Shown piece by piece: positions 8,622 to 16,767 of a DNA stretch of 25,350 bases. Every line of letters begins with the position of its first letter. Position 1 is the first letter of the stretch. The translations under genes were made by a program, and so were the position numbers. The notes beneath the pieces are model-generated. The model saw only the letters and a program-made list of their open reading frames with translations, had not been told where the DNA came from and did no database searches. This stretch comes from a bacterium (lineage in GTDB: Bacteria > Sysuimicrobiota > Sysuimicrobiia > Sysuimicrobiales > Humicultoraceae). The stretch spans positions 1 to 25,350 of the forward strand of contig JBGQGY010000040.1 of the NCBI GenBank assembly GCA_041497675.1. Reading direction: 5' to 3'.

Positions 8622-9512
8622 ATGAAACTGGGTGTCATCTTCCCTCAAACCGAGATCGGCGCCGACCCGGTTGTGATCCGCGACTTTGCGCAGGCCGTCG
8701 AGGATCTCGGGGTGGACCATCTCGTCACCTACGACCACGTGTTGGGCGCGGCGACGTCCAACCGGCCGGGTTGGATCGGCGCATACGCGCAACCCGATAT
8801 GTTCCACGAACCGTTTGTGCTCTTCGGCTACCTCGCCGCCTGTACGCGCCGGATCGAACTCGTTACCGGCATCCTCATCCTCCCCCAGCGCCAGACGGCG
8901 CTCGTCGCCAAACAAGCCGCCGAGGTCGACGTGCTGAGCGGCGGCCGGCTGCGGCTGGGTGTGGGCGTCGGATGGAACTCCGTCGAGTATGAGGCGTTGG
9001 GCATGGACTTTCACAAGCGCGGCGCGCGCATGGACGAGCAGATCCGCCTGCTGCGCGCGCTGTGGACGCAGCCGTCGGTCTCGTTCCAAGGGCGCTTCGA
9101 TCGCATCCCCGACGCCGGCATCAACCCGCTACCGGTCCAGCGACCGATCCCCATCTGGCTGGGCGGAGAGTCGGATGCGGTTATCCGACGCGTGGCAAAA
9201 CTCGGTGACGGCTGGTTCCCCGGCGGCGGCCTCATGACGCCCTATCTGCGCCATGAACGTATCAACCGCAAGGATCAACTCGACACGCTACGGGAGTACC
9301 TGGCCGCCGAAGGCCGCGACCCCGCCAGCGTGGGCATCGAGGGCCGTCTGGCCGTCGCCAACACGACCCCCGACGACTGGCGCCGCGGCGCCGACGAATG
9401 GCGCGCGATGGGCGCCACGCACTTGAGCCTCGGCACGATGCGCGCCGGGCTGGCCACGCCCCAGGCGCACATCGACGCGATCCGGCGATTCCGCGAGACG
9501 CTGAAGGGCTAG
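8622..9512 (+). CDS. LLM-class probable F420-dependent oxidoreductase (Rv2161c-like)
   Basis: MKLGVIFPQTEIG, YDHVLG, FHEPFVLFGYLAA, ILILPQRQTALVAKQAAEVDVLSGGRLRLGVGVGWN. GGAGGG RBS precedes ATG 8622; the ORF-track N-terminal extension looks spurious. Confidence 0.9.
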   Translation: MKLGVIFPQTEIGADPVVIRDFAQAVEDLGVDHLVTYDHVLGAATSNRPGWIGAYAQPDMFHEPFVLFGYLAACTRRIELVTGILILPQRQTALVAKQAAEVDVLSGGRLRLGVGVGWNSVEYEALGMDFHKRGARMDEQIRLLRALWTQPSVSFQGRFDRIPDAGINPLPVQRPIPIWLGGESDAVIRRVAKLGDGWFPGGGLMTPYLRHERINRKDQLDTLREYLAAEGRDPASVGIEGRLAVANTTPDDWRRGADEWRAMGATHLSLGTMRAGLATPQAHIDAIRRFRETLKG

Positions 9513-9525
9513 GCGGGCGTTTGCG

Positions 9526-10116
9526 TCAGGCGCGCGTCCGGGGTGTCGAGTACAGCTGCCGCAGGATATCCACGTGGTCGATGCACGTACCCACCAGCCC
9601 GACGGCAAGCAGCGCAAACCAGGCGTGATCAAAGGTCTGCGCCGCATCAGTCTTGAGCCAGAACGTGCGCGCAAGCAGCACCAGCAGATAGAGAAACTCG
9701 AGCTGCCCTACGAACTTTCCCACGAGCACGCGCTGAAACACCAGCGCCTTCGTCTTGATCACGCTGAGCAGCTGGGTCCCACCGATCAGAATCCCGACGA
9801 CAACGATAGGCACGAACTTCCACCAGACCAGGACGCCAATCAGAAAGAACACTGTAAAGAGCGAGTGGATGACGACCCAGTCGATCGTGCTGTCCAGCAT
9901 CGCGCCAAACGACCGCTGCTGGCCGAGCGCGCGGGCAAGACGCCCATCCACCAGGTCGGTGCCGACGATCACCAGCAGCGTGACCAGGGTCAACCCAGGC
10001 AGCGACGCCATCAGCCCGTAGATGACAAATGGAAGCAGAAAAATCCGCATCCCGGTCAGGATGTCGGCGTAGGTGAAGCGTGGATCCCTCCACGTAAAAG
10101 GCCGTTCAGTCTCCAT
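9526..10116 (-). CDS. CDP-alcohol phosphatidyltransferase family membrane protein
   Basis: Complete DxxDGxxAR...GxxxDxxxD signature (TDLVDGRLARALGQQRSFGAMLDSTID), several TM segments, GGAGG RBS. Confidence 0.88.
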   Translation of the reverse strand: METERPFTWRDPRFTYADILTGMRIFLLPFVIYGLMASLPGLTLVTLLVIVGTDLVDGRLARALGQQRSFGAMLDSTIDWVVIHSLFTVFFLIGVLVWWKFVPIVVVGILIGGTQLLSVIKTKALVFQRVLVGKFVGQLEFLYLLVLLARTFWLKTDAAQTFDHAWFALLAVGLVGTCIDHVDILRQLYSTPRTRA

Positions 10117-10134
10117 GGCCGCCTCCAGACAGGA

Positions 10135-10971
10135 CTACCGTCCCCTCCCTCGCGGATCGAGCGCTTCGGCGACGCCTTCGCCCACAAACGTCAGCGCGAG
10201 GATCGCGCCGGACAGAGCCAGTGCCGGAATAATCGTCAGGTGCGGGTAGGTGCGCAGGTGTTTGAAGCCGTCCGAAATCATCACACCCCACGACGGCATT
10301 GGGGGTTGAATGCCGATGCCGAGAAACGACAGTGTCGCCTCCGACAGGATCACGGGCCCGATGTCCAGTGACGCGCGCACCAGCGCCAGCGTGAGGACGT
10401 TGGGCAGAACGTGACGTCGGAGGATCCGGCCGTCGGTAGCGCCAAGCGCTCGGGCCGCCGATACGAACTCGCGCTGCCGCAAAGTAAGCGCTTCGGCACG
10501 GACCTGCCGCGCCATCCCCGGCCACCCCACCAGCGACAGCCCGAGCACGATGTTGAACACGCTCGCCCCGAGCACGCCGGTGATCAAGATGAGGAAGAGC
10601 AGCGGCGGGAAGGCGAGCGCGATGTCCACCACGCGCATCAGCACGGCGTCGGCCCGGCCGCCGAGGAAACCCGCTGCGATCCCCAGACCCAACCCGATGA
10701 CGGCGTGCGCCGCCACCGCTGTGCCGCTGATCAGGAACGAGATCCGCCCGCCGAAGGCCAGACGCGTGAGGATATCGCGGCCCAGGTGATCGGTCCCCAG
10801 CCAGTGCCGCCCGGCCGCACCCACACTGCCTAGGCCGCGAAAGGTTTGGTCGAGGTCTTGAACGGCATATGCGTACGGGCTCACGGCGGGCAGGAGTGCG
10901 CTCGCCGCGACAAACACGGCAAGCGCACACGCCGCGATCACCGTTGGGGGGTTGCGGAGCGCGCGACGCAC
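10135..10971 (-). CDS. Opp/Dpp-family ABC permease (DppC-like)
   Basis: HWLGTDHLGRD, REFVSAARALGA, RHVLPN, EATLSFLGIGIQPPMPSWG. Confidence 0.93.
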   Translation of the reverse strand: MRRALRNPPTVIAACALAVFVAASALLPAVSPYAYAVQDLDQTFRGLGSVGAAGRHWLGTDHLGRDILTRLAFGGRISFLISGTAVAAHAVIGLGLGIAAGFLGGRADAVLMRVVDIALAFPPLLFLILITGVLGASVFNIVLGLSLVGWPGMARQVRAEALTLRQREFVSAARALGATDGRILRRHVLPNVLTLALVRASLDIGPVILSEATLSFLGIGIQPPMPSWGVMISDGFKHLRTYPHLTIIPALALSGAILALTFVGEGVAEALDPRGRGR

Positions 10972-10977
10972 GCGGCG

Positions 10978-11904
10978 TCACCCCGAGTAGCGGATCCTGG
11001 GATCCAGGGCCGCGTACGTCAGGTCGAGAACGAGGTTCAGGAGCAGAAACAACAACGTGTAGACGATCACGACCGCCTGCACCATCGGGTAGTCGCGCTG
11101 CAGGATCGCCGTGACCGCCGCCCGGCCCATGCCCGGGACGCTGAAGATGGTCTCGGTCACGAAGGCGCCCGTGATCGCCACGTTGAACGCGAGGCCGATG
11201 GTCGTCGCAATGGTGATTGCCGCGTTCCGCAGTGCGTGATGAAAGTGCACGCCCCGCGCCGGAATGCCCTTGGCTCGGGCGGTGCGGATATAGTCTTCAC
11301 CCAGTATCTGCAGCATCGCCAGCCGCGTGATGCGCGTGATGTAGGCCATCGGCCGGAGCATCAGCACCAAGACCGGCAGCGCATAATGCTCGGGCAGGCC
11401 CCACCCCGCAACCGGCAGCCACCGGAGCCGCAAGGAGATCAACAGGATGAGCGCCACGGCGATGACGAAGAAGGGAACCGCGATCCCCAGCAGCGAGATC
11501 AGCCGCACGAGCCGGTCGGCCAGCGAGTCGCGCCGCACCGCCGCCAGGACGCCGAGCGGCAACCCGATGGCCGCGGCGAGGGCGACGGCAATGGCGCCGA
11601 GTTGAAGGCTCACCGGCAGGGCCTGGGTAATCATCCCGCTGATCTTGCGGCCGGGATACGCGTAGGAGACTCCGAGGTCGAAGCGGGTGAGACCGGCCAG
11701 GTAGCGAAGATACTGCACGGGGAGCGGCCGATCGAGCCCAAGTTGAGAGCGCACCCGGGCCTCTTGTACCGGGTCGCGGATGTCGCCGAACAGCAACTGC
11801 ACCGGGTCGCCGGGGGCCAGACGTCCGACGACGAAGACGATGAGCGTCGCCCCGAGCACAATAGGGATCATGCCTGCGAGGCGCTGGAGCAGGTGCCGCA
11901 GCAC
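10978..11904 (-). CDS. Opp/Dpp-family ABC permease (DppB-like)
   Basis: GTG 11904 gives MLRHLLQRL; APGDPV, LGLDRPLPVQY, DYIRTARAKG, HALRNA, DPRIRY. Confidence 0.92.
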   Translation of the reverse strand: MLRHLLQRLAGMIPIVLGATLIVFVVGRLAPGDPVQLLFGDIRDPVQEARVRSQLGLDRPLPVQYLRYLAGLTRFDLGVSYAYPGRKISGMITQALPVSLQLGAIAVALAAAIGLPLGVLAAVRRDSLADRLVRLISLLGIAVPFFVIAVALILLISLRLRWLPVAGWGLPEHYALPVLVLMLRPMAYITRITRLAMLQILGEDYIRTARAKGIPARGVHFHHALRNAAITIATTIGLAFNVAITGAFVTETIFSVPGMGRAAVTAILQRDYPMVQAVVIVYTLLFLLLNLVLDLTYAALDPRIRYSG

Positions 11905-11951
11905 GGGGACAATCGTTCCACCAGCGTGGCGCGATACCTTCAGTTGGAGGC

Positions 11952-12737
11952 ATGATGAGTCTGCGCGGCATCTACCTCGAACAGCTGACCTGGGCTGAGG
12001 CCGAGCCGATCCTACGCGCCGACCCGCTGGTCGTGATCCCCGTTGGCGCCGGCGCAAAAGAGCACGGCCCGCACCTGCCGCTGGGAACCGACCGTATCAC
12101 GGCCGATTACCTGACCCGCCGGCTGGCCGAACGCGTGGCATGCGTGATCCTCCCGACGGTCACGTACGGCTACTACCCCCACTTCACCGCGTTCCCGGGC
12201 AGCACGCATATCGAGGCCGGCACGTTCGGGGCCATGGTCAAGGAAATCATCCTGTCGATGGTGCGCCACGGTCCTCGGCGATTCTTTATCCTCAACACCG
12301 GGGTCTCAACGTTTCCCGTCCTGGAAATCACCGCGCGGGACCTCGACCGCGTCCACCGGCTGCTGGTCGGCGTCACGCGCATCGGTGAGTTGGGCGGGCA
12401 GCGTGTCTCAGAATTGCTCAGCCAGCCGAAAGGCAGCCACGCCGACGAGTACGAGACGTCGCTGCTGCTGGCCATCGCGCCCGACGTCGTGCGGCTGGAC
12501 AAACTGGCCGCGGAGATCCCCGATCGGCCCGATTCGCGAGGCGTCTTCGTGCCCGCAGCGTATCATCGCGAGCCCGGACCAGGGTACTCGGCGACCGGCG
12601 TGTACGGCGATGCAACGTTGGGGACGAAACAGAAGGGCGAAGCCATCGTGGAAGCCGTCGTGGAAGATCTGGTCGCAGCCGCGGAGCGACTGCGCACCGC
12701 CCCTGCCCCTACGCCGCGGCCGGGGATTCCCTGGTAG
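11952..12737 (+). CDS. Creatininase-family amidohydrolase with a divergent metal site
   Basis: LTWAE, PVG..KEHGPHLPLGTD, FPGS, HADEYETS, GVYGD..GT..KG; GGAGG RBS at 11946-11950. Confidence 0.85.
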   Translation: MMSLRGIYLEQLTWAEAEPILRADPLVVIPVGAGAKEHGPHLPLGTDRITADYLTRRLAERVACVILPTVTYGYYPHFTAFPGSTHIEAGTFGAMVKEIILSMVRHGPRRFFILNTGVSTFPVLEITARDLDRVHRLLVGVTRIGELGGQRVSELLSQPKGSHADEYETSLLLAIAPDVVRLDKLAAEIPDRPDSRGVFVPAAYHREPGPGYSATGVYGDATLGTKQKGEAIVEAVVEDLVAAAERLRTAPAPTPRPGIPW

Positions 12738-12818
12738 GCTTGGCATTCTTTGGGGGGTGAAACGGTGCTCCTCAACGAGGTCATGCCGGCCATCCGCCAG
12801 GTGGTACCGCGGTAGCGG

Positions 12819-13745
12819 GTGATGCTCACCCTCCTGTTTCGAAAGATGTTCCTCGCCGCGTCTCACAGCGACCGGCTCGAGCGATGGATGCGCCGCTACG
12901 GCATGCGGCTGGGCGCCGCGCGGTTCGTGACCGGCGAGACGCTCGACGACTGTGTAAAGGCGCAGCGCCCGCTCAACGCCCGAGGGTTGAAGTGCGCTAC
13001 GACGCTGCTGGGCGAGGGCGTGAAGGACGAAGCGGCCATCCGCTTGGTCGTCGACCACTACGTCGAGATCCTCGATCGCATCAAGAGCGATCAGTTGAAC
13101 TGCAACGTCGCGGTCAAGCTGACCCACCTGGGGCTCGACCTCGGCGTTGACGTCGCGCACCGCAACGTCCGCCAGATCGTCCAGCATGCGGCCGGGCTGG
13201 GCAATTTCGTCCGTATCGACATGGAAGAATCGGCCCGCGTCGATGCCACTCTTGAGATCTACCGGCGCCTGCGGGCCGACGGGCTCGACAACGTCGGCAC
13301 CGTGCTCCAATCCTACCTCTATCGCAGCGAGAGCGATTTGGCCGCGCTGCTGCCCTTGCGGCCGAATCTCCGCATTGTCAAGGGCGCCTATCTCGAGCCG
13401 GCGGAGATCGCGTATCCGAAGAAGGCCGACGTCGATCGCAACTATCTGCGGGTGGCCGAGCGGATGGTGCAAGAAGCCGGGCACACGGCCATCGCGACGC
13501 ACGACGAGCGTATCATCGCGCACATGATCGAGTTCACACGGCGCCACAACATCGGCCGCGATCGTTTCGAGTTCCAAATGCTGTACGGCGTGCGCCCACA
13601 ACTGCAGCTCGATCTAGTCGGACAAGGGTACACCGTGCTCGTGGCGACGCCCTTTGGCCGCGACTGGTACCCGTTCTTCATGCGCCGTCTGGCCGAGCGC
13701 CCGGCGAACGTGTTCTTTATCCTCCGAAATCTGTTGCGACGGTAG
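12819..13745 (+). CDS. Monofunctional proline dehydrogenase family flavoprotein (variant active site)
   Basis: RFVTGET, LLGE, VKLTHLGL, VRIDME, VLQSYLYR, RIVKGAY, IATHD, EFQMLYG, RRLAERP. Start is 12819 (GTG) or 12822 (ATG). Confidence 0.92.
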   Translation: MMLTLLFRKMFLAASHSDRLERWMRRYGMRLGAARFVTGETLDDCVKAQRPLNARGLKCATTLLGEGVKDEAAIRLVVDHYVEILDRIKSDQLNCNVAVKLTHLGLDLGVDVAHRNVRQIVQHAAGLGNFVRIDMEESARVDATLEIYRRLRADGLDNVGTVLQSYLYRSESDLAALLPLRPNLRIVKGAYLEPAEIAYPKKADVDRNYLRVAERMVQEAGHTAIATHDERIIAHMIEFTRRHNIGRDRFEFQMLYGVRPQLQLDLVGQGYTVLVATPFGRDWYPFFMRRLAERPANVFFILRNLLRR

Positions 13746-13748
13746 GTC

Positions 13749-14666
13749 ATGTGGCGCTACATAGCGAGACGCCTCTTGCAGACCTTCATTGTCCTGTGGG
13801 GCGTGTCGTTCATTGCGTTTGGGGTGATGTTTCTCGCTGGCGATCCCGCGACAGCCATGGTCGGTGAGGACTGGACCCGGGAGCAAATCGCCGAATTCCG
13901 GCAAATAATGGGGTTCGATCAACCCTGGTACGTGCAGTACGGCCGCTTCCTCTCCCGCGCCGTGCGCGGTGACTTCGGCGTCTCGCTGCGACAGCGACAG
14001 CCAAACCTGACGTTGATCTTCGAGCGCATGCCCGCGACGCTGCAATTGGCGGCGTGCGCGATGCTCCTGTCGATCGTGATCGCCATCCCCGCGGGTGTGA
14101 TCTCAGCCACGCGGCGCCACTCGTGGCTGGATCACGGCGCCTCCCTCGCGGCGATGCTCGGCCAGTCGATGCCCGCGTTTTGGCTGGGCATCATGTTGAT
14201 CCTGATCTTTGGCGTGGGGCTGCGCTGGACCCCGGTCGCCGGCCGCGGCGGTCTTGCGCACCTGATCTTGCCGGCGATCACCCTCGCCGCGTATCCTATC
14301 GCGCGCAACGCGCGGATGATGCGGTCCAGCATCCTCGAAGTGCTGGGACAGGCCTACGTGACGACGGCCCGCGCCAAAGGGCTGCGTGAGTTTCTCGTGA
14401 TCACCCGCCATGCGATGCGCAATGCGCTGATCCCCGTCGTGACGCTGATCGGTCTGGAGTTTGGGGCCCTGCTGGGCGGCGCCGTGATCACGGAGTCGAT
14501 CTTCGCGTGGCCCGGTGTCGGACGGCTCACCGTCCAGGCGATCTATGGCCGCGACATCCCGCTGGTGCAGGCGGCCGTCATCGTGCTGGCGGGCATCTTC
14601 GTGGTGATCAACCTGCTGGTCGATCTCTTCTATGTGGTCTTGGACCCGCGCATCCGTCTGGCGTAG
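13749..14666 (+). CDS. Opp/Dpp-family ABC permease (DppB-like)
   Basis: MWRYIARRLL, GDP, GDFGVS, YVTTARAKGL, HAMRNALIP, ESIFAWPGVG, DPRIRL. Confidence 0.94.
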   Translation: MWRYIARRLLQTFIVLWGVSFIAFGVMFLAGDPATAMVGEDWTREQIAEFRQIMGFDQPWYVQYGRFLSRAVRGDFGVSLRQRQPNLTLIFERMPATLQLAACAMLLSIVIAIPAGVISATRRHSWLDHGASLAAMLGQSMPAFWLGIMLILIFGVGLRWTPVAGRGGLAHLILPAITLAAYPIARNARMMRSSILEVLGQAYVTTARAKGLREFLVITRHAMRNALIPVVTLIGLEFGALLGGAVITESIFAWPGVGRLTVQAIYGRDIPLVQAAVIVLAGIFVVINLLVDLFYVVLDPRIRLA

Positions 14667-15501
14667 CGTCCGGCGGGCGCGGCTGGCCGTGGCGGGCGGC
14701 GTCGTGCTGAGTGTGGTCGTCCTCATGGGCGCGACGGCGCCGGTGCTCGCCCCACAGGACCCCGCCGAGCAAAGCATCCTCGAACGGCTGAAGCCACCGG
14801 GCTTCAAAGACAGCCTGGGGCGCCGTCACTATCTCGGGACGGATCAGTTGGGGCGCGACGTCCTCAGCCGGTTGATGTACGGCGCGCGCGTGTCGCTGGT
14901 CGTCGGGGTCACCGCGGTATTCATCGGCGGCACGTTGGGACTCGCGCTGGGCCTGGTGTCAGGATACTACGGCGGGTGGGTCGACGACGTCATCATGCGT
15001 CTGGCCGACATCCAGCTCGCCTTCCCCAGCATCCTCCTCTATATTGCCGTGCTCGCGGTCCTGGGACCGGGGCTATTCAAGGTCATCGCGATCCTGGGCC
15101 TGACGGGATGGGTCACCTACGGCCGCGTCGCGCGCGGCCAGGTGCTGTCGGTCCGCGAGCAGGAATATGTCCAGGTCGGCCGCGCCATCGGCGCGCGAGA
15201 AACACGCATCATCCTGCGGCACGTGCTGCCCAACATCTTTAGCGCCATCATCGTCGTCGGCTCGTTTGCGGTCGCCAGCAACATCATCGCCGAAGCGTCG
15301 TTGAGTTTTCTGGGTTTGGGAGTCCCCCCGTCGGTGCCGGCCTGGGGGAGCATGCTGGCGGAGGCGCGCGACTACGTGCGCGATGCGTGGTGGCCGGTCA
15401 CGTTTCCTGGCCTGGCGATCATGCTCACCGTACTCTCCATCAACGCGCTGGGCGACTGGCTGCGCGATTACTTGGATCCGCGGCTCTCACTGCAGGATTG
15501 A
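14632..15501 (+). CDS. Opp/Dpp-family ABC permease (DppC-like)
   Basis: HYLGTDQLGRD, EYVQVGRAIGA, RHVLPN, EASLSFLGLGVPP; the start overlaps the upstream gene and its exact position is uncertain. Confidence 0.92.
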   Translation: MWSWTRASVWRSVRRARLAVAGGVVLSVVVLMGATAPVLAPQDPAEQSILERLKPPGFKDSLGRRHYLGTDQLGRDVLSRLMYGARVSLVVGVTAVFIGGTLGLALGLVSGYYGGWVDDVIMRLADIQLAFPSILLYIAVLAVLGPGLFKVIAILGLTGWVTYGRVARGQVLSVREQEYVQVGRAIGARETRIILRHVLPNIFSAIIVVGSFAVASNIIAEASLSFLGLGVPPSVPAWGSMLAEARDYVRDAWWPVTFPGLAIMLTVLSINALGDWLRDYLDPRLSLQD

Positions 15502-15522
15502 AAATCGACCTGGGGGAGGTTC

Positions 15523-16767
15523 GTGATGGGTCATATCGTCCTTCGCAACGCCATGCTGATCGACGGCACCGGGGCGGAGCCGCGCGCGGGCATGACGCTC
15601 CTGGTGAACGGGACCCGCATCGAGGCGATCGGCTCCGACAGCAGCGTGCGCGTCCCCGAGGACAGCCAGATCTTCGACGCCGCCGGCCGCACCGCGCTCC
15701 CCGGTCTCATCGACGCCCATCTGCACACCGCCTACACTGGTGGACCCGACCTGAGTTACATCATCAAAGATCTGCCATCGTTCTTCGCGATCCGCGCAAC
15801 CGTCCACGCCCGGAGGCTGCTCCACGGGGGCATTACCGCCGTCCGCGACGCGGGCAGCACCGCGTACGCCGACATCGCGCTCCGCCAAGCCATCGACGGT
15901 GGGTTGGTGCCGGGGCCGCGGGTGCGCGCGACCGGCTACGGACTGAAGATGACGGGCGGGCACGGCGACTCGTTCTACTCGCCGATCGTCGAAGTTCAAC
16001 AACCGGGGCTCTGCAACAGCGCCGACGAGTGCCGCAAGGTCGCCAGGATGAACCTCAAGATGGGCGCGGATCATATCAAGGTCATCTCTGCCTCCGGCGG
16101 CGTCATGTCGGCGGGCACCGAGCCCGGCGCGCCCCAGTTCACCGTCGAGGAGATGCGCGCGGCGATCGACGAGGCGCACAAGGCGAGCAAACCGGCCATG
16201 GCCCACACGCACGGGACGCAGGCCATCAAGAACGCGATCCTCGCCGGCGTCGATAGCGTCGAGCACGGCTCGTATCTCGACGACGAAGCCATCGAGATGA
16301 TCTTGAAGCGTAACGTGTTCCTGGTGCCGACGCTGATGGCGCCTCACCGCATCGTCCAGCACGGCGAGCGCGGCGGCATCCCCGAGTACGCGGTACGCAA
16401 GGCCCGGCAGGTGCGCGAGGAACACATCAAGAGCTTCGGGCGGGCGGTTCGCGCCGGGGTCAAAATCGCCATGGGGACCGACGCCGGCACCCCGTTCAAC
16501 GTCCACGGCGAGAACCTGAACGAATTGCCCCTGATGGTCGAGGCGGGCATGACCCCGATGCAGGCGATCGTGGCGAGCACCCGCATGGGCGCGCAGTTGC
16601 TTCAGTGGGGCGACAAGATCGGCACGCTCGAGCCCGGCAAGCTGGCCGACATCGTGGTCATCAACGGCGATCCGCTGGCAGACATCAATTTGTTCAAAGA
16701 TGCGAAGCACATCGCGATGGTCATGAAGGACGGCGCGATATTCCGCAGCGATCTGCCGGCTTCCTAA
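15523..16767 (+). CDS. Metal-dependent amidohydrolase (Xaa-Pro dipeptidase/carboxypeptidase-like subgroup)
   Basis: PGLIDAHLH, TGGHGD, GADHIKV, AHTHG, SVEHG, AMGTDAG, GTLEPGKLADIV; GGGAGG RBS. Confidence 0.9.
   Translation: MMGHIVLRNAMLIDGTGAEPRAGMTLLVNGTRIEAIGSDSSVRVPEDSQIFDAAGRTALPGLIDAHLHTAYTGGPDLSYIIKDLPSFFAIRATVHARRLLHGGITAVRDAGSTAYADIALRQAIDGGLVPGPRVRATGYGLKMTGGHGDSFYSPIVEVQQPGLCNSADECRKVARMNLKMGADHIKVISASGGVMSAGTEPGAPQFTVEEMRAAIDEAHKASKPAMAHTHGTQAIKNAILAGVDSVEHGSYLDDEAIEMILKRNVFLVPTLMAPHRIVQHGERGGIPEYAVRKARQVREEHIKSFGRAVRAGVKIAMGTDAGTPFNVHGENLNELPLMVEAGMTPMQAIVASTRMGAQLLQWGDKIGTLEPGKLADIVVINGDPLADINLFKDAKHIAMVMKDGAIFRSDLPAS

Noticed and set aside
12735..12737. Pyrrolysine or amber read-through of the creatininase stop
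   Set aside because: The fold is already complete before the TAG, many genes here end in TAG, and no pyl genes are present.
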